The notes beneath the pieces are model-generated. The model was not told where the DNA came from and did no database searches. It worked only from the letters and a program-made list of their open reading frames with translations. A stretch of DNA of 64,000 nt from Candidatus Geohabitans tengchongensis (GTDB lineage: Bacteria; Sysuimicrobiota; Sysuimicrobiia; Sysuimicrobiales; Humicultoraceae). Every line of letters starts with the position of its first letter. Positions within the stretch are counted from its first letter, which is position 1. This document shows positions 59,608 to 64,000 of this stretch, piece after piece. The translations under genes were made by a program, and so were the position numbers. The stretch lies in the NCBI GenBank assembly GCA_031459625.1, contig JAVKIH010000002.1, positions 266,338 to 330,337 of the forward strand, in the 5' to 3' direction.

Positions 59608-60888
59608 ATGCGGACGGTCCTGACGCGCACGCGGTTGATCGACGGCACGGGGCGCCCGGCGGTGGAGGACGCCATGGTGATGGTGGAGGGCGAGCGCCTC
59701 CTCTGGTGCGGTCCGGCGGCGGATCCGGAGCGGCCGGCGGTCCGCCCGGAGGACCGGGTGGTCGACCTCGCCGGCCACACCGTGCTGCCCGGCCTGTTCA
59801 ACGTGCACGTCCACCTGGGCCTGCGGCTGCCCTTCCCCGAGCGGCGGACCGATCCGTTCTCCCCCGGGTACCGGGTGCTGCTCAACTACCGGCGCGCCCT
59901 GGAGGCGATCCTCACGGGCACGACCAGCCTGCGCGTCGTCGGGGAGCCCTCCTTCACCGACATCGAGGTGCGCGAGGCCATCAACCGCGGCCTGCTGCCG
60001 GGCCCGCGCCTCACCTGTGCCGGGCACGCCCTGATCGCGACGGGAGGCCACGGACACAACTCCGTCGGGACCCTGGAGGGCGACGGGCCCGATGCCTTCC
60101 GACGGCTGGCTCGGGAGCAGCTGCGGGCTGGCGCCGACCTGATCAAGATCTGCCTGACCGGCGGGATCGGGACACCGCGCGAGCTGCCGGCGCACAAGCA
60201 GATGACGGACGCGGAGGTGCAGGCGGTGGTGGAGGTCGCCCACGCCGCCGGCAAGCGCGTCGCCTCCCACACGGGGGGCGACGGGGCCGTGCGGGACGCG
60301 GTGCGGCTCGGCGTGGACTGCATCGAGCACGGCTACAGCTTCAGCGCCGAGACCGCGGCGATGATGGCCGAGGCCGGCACCTTCCTGGTCCCCACCCTGT
60401 GCGTCACCCAGGAGCTGGACTACCTGCGACGCCACGGCGTTCAGGAGTGGATGCTGGCGAAGGCCCAGATGGCGGCCGAAGAGCACCGGGCGTCGATCCA
60501 GCGGGCGGTGGCGCACGGGGTCACCCTCTGCTGCGGCACCGACCTGCTGCCCAGCGACCCGGTCGACGGCACGGTGGCCACCATCCGGGAGGTCGAGCTG
60601 CTGGTCACATGCGGGCTCTCGCCGCTGACGGCGATCCGCGCCGCGACGCTGGACGCCGCCCGGCTGTGCGGCACCGACCGGGAGGTCGGGTCGCTGACGG
60701 CAGGGAAGCTGGCCGACCTCATCGCCGTCGCCGGCCAGCCCGACCGGCAGATCCGGGACCTGCGGGCGGTGCGCCTGGTGATGAAGGGCGGCGTGGTCTT
60801 CCGGAGCGACCTCGCCGAACTGCCCGATCCCGGCCTCCGGGCCCTCGGGGTCTCTCTGGCCGGCGGGACGTTCGCTCGCCTCTGGTGA
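59608..60888 (+). CDS. Amidohydrolase-superfamily metal-dependent hydrolase
   Basis: HVHLGLRL (HxH metal motif)…KICLTGGIG…ASHTGGDGAVR…CIEHGYS…CCGTDLLP…AGKLADLIAV, typical of the Met-dep_hydrolase_A / imidazolonepropionase-like fold. Its position suggests it processes the substrate imported by the adjacent ABC system. Confidence 0.8.
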   Translation: MRTVLTRTRLIDGTGRPAVEDAMVMVEGERLLWCGPAADPERPAVRPEDRVVDLAGHTVLPGLFNVHVHLGLRLPFPERRTDPFSPGYRVLLNYRRALEAILTGTTSLRVVGEPSFTDIEVREAINRGLLPGPRLTCAGHALIATGGHGHNSVGTLEGDGPDAFRRLAREQLRAGADLIKICLTGGIGTPRELPAHKQMTDAEVQAVVEVAHAAGKRVASHTGGDGAVRDAVRLGVDCIEHGYSFSAETAAMMAEAGTFLVPTLCVTQELDYLRRHGVQEWMLAKAQMAAEEHRASIQRAVAHGVTLCCGTDLLPSDPVDGTVATIREVELLVTCGLSPLTAIRAATLDAARLCGTDREVGSLTAGKLADLIAVAGQPDRQIRDLRAVRLVMKGGVVFRSDLAELPDPGLRALGVSLAGGTFARLW

Positions 60889-60942
60889 GGGCGCCGACGG
60901 CTCAGCCCGTCGCCTCGCCCTCCACCGTCCCCGCCCGCCGGT

Positions 60943-62703
60943 TCACCCCTCCACCTTCACCGCCCGCCGCCGGGCCCGCTGGTAGAGCTGCCAGATCTCC
61001 TCCACCGTGGTGGCGTCCTCCGGCCGCTTGTCCTCGCGCCACCGCCCCGTGAAGCGCGGGAAGCGCAGCGCCAGCCCCGCCCCTTCGCGCGCCCGCCCCC
61101 AGGCCACCGTGTGGATGGGCGAGAGGGTGATCTCGGCGCCCACCACCTCGATGACCACCGCCGGCTCGAACCAGACGTCCGCCTCCAGGCGCGAGTCCAC
61201 CCGCGGCGGGCGGTCGCGCCGCTCGTAGCGCCGCAGCCGCGCCGGCAGCGCCGCCAGGTCGGCGTCGGAGAAGCCGCTGCCGACCTTGCAGAAGGTCGGG
61301 AAGCGCTCCTCCTCGGGGTCGTAGGCGGCCACCAGCAGCGCCCCGTAGGTGCCGCTGCGCCGCCCCCGGCCGTAGAAGGCGCCCACCACCACCAGGTCGA
61401 GGGTGTCCTGCAGGGCGGTGCGGTACTCCCGCTTGTGCTTGATCCACAGCCAGCCGCGCGCCCCGGCCTGGTAGACGGCCTCCGGCCCCACCGCCTTGCA
61501 GATGACCCCCTCGCACCCGTCGGCCACGGCCTGCTCGAAGAACCGCTCCAGCGCCTCGGCGCTGTCGACGAGCGTCCAGGTCACGAGCTGCAGCCGCTCG
61601 CTTGTGGCCACGGCCCGCACCAGCGCCTCCCGCCGCTCGGGGTAGGGGCGGCGGGTCAGGTCCTCCCCGTCGGCGTAGAGGAGGTCGAAGGCGAACAGCC
61701 CGGCGGGGATGCGCGCCATCGCCTCCGCGATCCCGTACTTGCGGCGGCGCTGCATCAGGTCCTGGAAGGGACGCAGCTCCCCCGTGTCCGGCTCGACGGC
61801 CACGATCTCCGCCTCCAGGATGGCGCGGCGCGGCCGCAGCCCCCGCTCCAGGAGGGCCACCACGTCGGGGAACTGCGCGGTGATGTTCTCCAGGCGCCGC
61901 GAGTAGAGCTGGAAGGTGCCGGCGAGCCGGTGCACCTGCACCCGCTCGCCGTCGTACTTGTACTCGACGGCACACCGCCCGCCGAGCTTGGCCAGGATCT
62001 CCTCCGCGGTGGCCAGCCGCTGCGCCAGCATGGGCCGCACGGGGTGCCCGGGGCGGACCTCCATGCCCTCCACGGCGGCCAGCCCGCCGCGCACCAGCGT
62101 CTCGGCCACGAGCCCCAGGTCGGAGCAGATGTTGTAGGCGCGCTCCAGCACGGGGCGCTTCGCCCGGCCGCCGGCGTGCACCTCGGCCAGCGCGTCCAGG
62201 ATGGAGGCGTCGCCCACGCCCAGGCGCAGCTTCCCCGTCACGGTGCGGACCAGGTAGCGGGCCTCCAGCGGCGCGGCGCGGCGCAGCAGGTCGGCCAGGA
62301 TGGCGATCTTCTGTCCCTGCGCCCCCTTGCCGGCGGCCTGGGCGGCGGCCTGGAGGCGGTCGAAGACCTCGTCGACCGTGAGCGCCTGCGGGGCGCCCCG
62401 CCGGCGGCCGAGCAGCCCCTCGGCCACGGTGCCCAGGTCGCCCTGGCGGCGCAGCTCCTCGGCGACGCGGGTGACCGCCGTCCCGGTGGCGTCGGCCACG
62501 GCGCGCGCGGCCAGCTTCTCCGCCAGGCCGATCTCCACGCCGGCGAAGTCCGGCGCGATCTTGCCCTGGCAGAGGTAGACCACCCGCGGCAGCAGGTCGG
62601 GAGGGGTCTGGCGGAAGAGGCCGGCCAGGATCTCGATGATCTCCAATCGCGCGGCCGTCTGCTCGAGGCGGCGGTAAGTCTCGGCCAGCAGGCGGTACGG
62701 CAT
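60943..62703 (-). CDS. lig: ATP-dependent DNA ligase (archaeal/eukaryotic Lig-type, stand-alone)
   Basis: MPYRLLAETYRRLEQTAARLE… (N-terminal DNA-binding domain). Adenylation motif I (EYKYDGERVQV). Motifs III-V (…FAFDLLYADGEDL…, …EGVICKAV…, …WLWIKHK…). OB domain. The ATG at 62703 has GGAGG 7 nt upstream. The ORF-track N-terminal extension is spurious. Confidence 0.85.
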   Translation of the reverse strand: MPYRLLAETYRRLEQTAARLEIIEILAGLFRQTPPDLLPRVVYLCQGKIAPDFAGVEIGLAEKLAARAVADATGTAVTRVAEELRRQGDLGTVAEGLLGRRRGAPQALTVDEVFDRLQAAAQAAGKGAQGQKIAILADLLRRAAPLEARYLVRTVTGKLRLGVGDASILDALAEVHAGGRAKRPVLERAYNICSDLGLVAETLVRGGLAAVEGMEVRPGHPVRPMLAQRLATAEEILAKLGGRCAVEYKYDGERVQVHRLAGTFQLYSRRLENITAQFPDVVALLERGLRPRRAILEAEIVAVEPDTGELRPFQDLMQRRRKYGIAEAMARIPAGLFAFDLLYADGEDLTRRPYPERREALVRAVATSERLQLVTWTLVDSAEALERFFEQAVADGCEGVICKAVGPEAVYQAGARGWLWIKHKREYRTALQDTLDLVVVGAFYGRGRRSGTYGALLVAAYDPEEERFPTFCKVGSGFSDADLAALPARLRRYERRDRPPRVDSRLEADVWFEPAVVIEVVGAEITLSPIHTVAWGRAREGAGLALRFPRFTGRWREDKRPEDATTVEEIWQLYQRARRRAVKVEG

Positions 62704-63104
62704 GGCCGCCTCCGTCCTGGCGGCGGGTTCCTGGGGCGTGGCCTTCACCTTCCCACGTGGCGTCATCGTCGCGGGATCCTCCGTGGTTGCGCCGGCATGG
62801 CGGCAGGTCCGGCCGTCGCCGTCTCCTGCCATGGCTCCCACGTTCGAGCATACCTCCCAGCGGCCCCGCCAGCGCGAGGTCGATGCCGACGAGTCGCGCG
62901 AACTCGGCCCGGGCCGAGTTCGCCTCTTGCTCCAGGTCAAGTCGCCTGCGCCGCAGGCGCGGCGGCCTTGGAGTGCGCAGGCGTGATGACTTCGCCATGT
63001 GGCAGCGCACGATGGCTTTGGGATGCGCGGCGCCATCACCCTGGGAGCTTAGTGTGGCCTGGCAAGTCGATGCTGGCGGCCGGGACCGCCGGGGCAGGAA
63101 CCCC

Positions 63105-63148
63105 TTGACAGGCGGGTCGGCGGGTCATAGATTGACATTTGTCGATTA
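63105..63148 (+). promoter_or_regulatory. Putative arsR promoter (-35 TTGACA, 16-nt spacer, -10 ATAGAT) overlapping a 7-2-7 near-palindromic operator ATTGACAttTGTCGAT
   Basis: Read directly: cccTTGACAggcgggtcggcgggtcATAGATtgacatttgtcgattaaaag. It lies about 30 nt upstream of the arsR ATG, and GGAGGGGG sits before the ATG. Confidence 0.4.
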
Positions 63149-63176
63149 AAAGCGAGCCGGAGGGGGTGGGGGTCAC

Positions 63177-63545
63177 ATGGCCATGGGGACGATGACAGCA
63201 GTGTCTCCTGAGAAGCGGCGGAGCTGCTGCGCCACTGACTGCCTGCAGGAGGTGGCCCGCACGCAGTTCGACGACGCCACCCTCGCCCGGCAGCAGGCCC
63301 GCCTCGAGGCCCTGGCCGATCCGGTCCGCCTGCGCATCATGCACTTGCTGGCCCGCCATGAGAGCCTTTGCGTCTGCGAGATCGAGGCCGCCTTTGAGGT
63401 AGCCCAGCCCACCATCTCCCACCACCTGCGCGTCCTGCGGGAAGCCGGGCTCGTCACGTCGGAGCGGCGGGGCACGTGGGCCTACTACCGGCTGGTTCGG
63501 CCGGCGGTGAAAGCAGCCGTGGAAGGGCTGCTCGAGCTCCTCTGA
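63177..63545 (+). CDS. arsR: ArsR/SmtB-family metalloregulatory transcriptional repressor
   Basis: wHTH region (ALADPVRLRIMHLLARHESLCVCEIEAAFEVAQPTISHHLRVLREAGLV) with the CVC metal-sensing motif and N-terminal CC / C residues. Confidence 0.85.
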   Translation: MAMGTMTAVSPEKRRSCCATDCLQEVARTQFDDATLARQQARLEALADPVRLRIMHLLARHESLCVCEIEAAFEVAQPTISHHLRVLREAGLVTSERRGTWAYYRLVRPAVKAAVEGLLELL

Positions 63546-63596
63546 GGCATCACGTATAGGGATCACCATAGAATGTCATTTAATCGAGATGCATCG

Positions 63597-64000
63597 ATGT
63601 ATTACCTGCGGGCGGCCCGGCCGGGGGACCTGCCTGCGCTGCTGCAGCTGCTGGCTGCTGCCGACCTGCCGCGCGTCGGGGTGGCCGAGCGCCTCGAGGC
63701 CTTCCTGGTGGCCGAGGCTGGTGGTCGCGTCGTGGGGTGTGCCGGGCTCGAGGCCTACGGCGAGGTCGGGCTCCTCCGCTCCGTCTGTGTGGATCCTGCC
63801 CACCGCGGCTGCGGGTTGGGGGAGCGGCTCGTCCGAGCGGCCCTGGCGCGGGGCCGGGAGACCGGCGTGCAGGAGGTCGTCCTGCTGACCACCACGGCCG
63901 CACCCTACTTCCGTCGACTCGGCTTCCGCGAGGTGGACCGGGACAGCCTCGACCCTCGCGTCCAGGCATCGCCGGAGTGCCGTGAGGGTTGCTGCGCCAG
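63597..64000 (+). CDS. GNAT-family N-acetyltransferase (ArsN-like by context), 3' partial at the window end
   Basis: Frame open from ATG 63597 to the window end (not in the ORF track). MYYLRAARPGDLPALLQLLAAADLP…FLVAEAGGRVVGCAGLEAYGEVGLLRSVCVDPAHRGCGLGERLVRAALARGRETGVQEVVLLTTTAAPYFRRLGFREV matches the acetyl-CoA-binding motif R/Q-x-x-G-x-G/A. Preceded by an AT-rich spacer with a GATGCATC palindrome. Confidence 0.7.
   Translation, partial: MYYLRAARPGDLPALLQLLAAADLPRVGVAERLEAFLVAEAGGRVVGCAGLEAYGEVGLLRSVCVDPAHRGCGLGERLVRAALARGRETGVQEVVLLTTTAAPYFRRLGFREVDRDSLDPRVQASPECREGCCA

Overview
High-GC (~72%) chromosomal window from an organism with Firmicutes-type gene order (high-GC Clostridia such as Symbiobacterium or Thermaerobacter are the nearest fit by inference). 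Mostly core housekeeping and carbohydrate/peptide metabolism, densely packed on both strands: a partial rplY/ctc; an ArsC-like reductase gene divergent from a DUF47-PitA phosphate-uptake pair; dCMP deaminase; upp-rpiB-tsaC-prmC-prfA; rpmE; a LysM-M23 peptidase; tal-rho; an SLH/BsuPI envelope protein; argS; a NagZ-like GH3 hydrolase; htrA; a contiguous accD-accA-accB-accC block; two Dpp/Opp-type peptide ABC loci that both lack ATPase genes (one with M24 and S9 peptidases and a divergent LysR regulator, the other with an amidohydrolase, an ATC-hydrolase-like protein and an LLM oxidoreductase); ROK glucokinase; an SPFH protein; MFS transporters; an uncharacterised DUF2089 / small Gly-rich protein / DUF4097 / SHOCT-like operon; an orphan MsmX-like sugar ABC ATPase; and a large alpha-glucan supercluster (PGI/PMI, galE, malQ, GH57, glgB, pep2, glgE, treS). 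The window ends with an ATP-dependent DNA ligase and an ArsR-GNAT pair. No rRNA, tRNA, CRISPR array or intact mobile element was seen. The most notable observations are: (1) an in-frame TGA exactly at the catalytic Cys codon of the ArsC-like gene, making it a candidate selenoprotein or a pseudogene; (2) a perfect CGAAC-N4-GTTCG LexA/Cheo-type box inside a 30-nt palindrome upstream of the LysM-M23 peptidase gene; (3) a 250-bp AT-rich island carrying a 34-bp perfect palindrome flanked by CGAAC/GTTCG repeats upstream of the DUF2089-DUF4097 module; (4) a ~500-bp low-GC islet with an orphan ORF between an MFS gene and the GH57 gene. Caveat: the printed line numbering appears to be off by about 1 nt from the ORF-track coordinates in a few places. 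CDS ends follow the ORF track, internal start codons were frame-checked against it, and regulatory-site coordinates counted from the text may be off by 1-2 nt.
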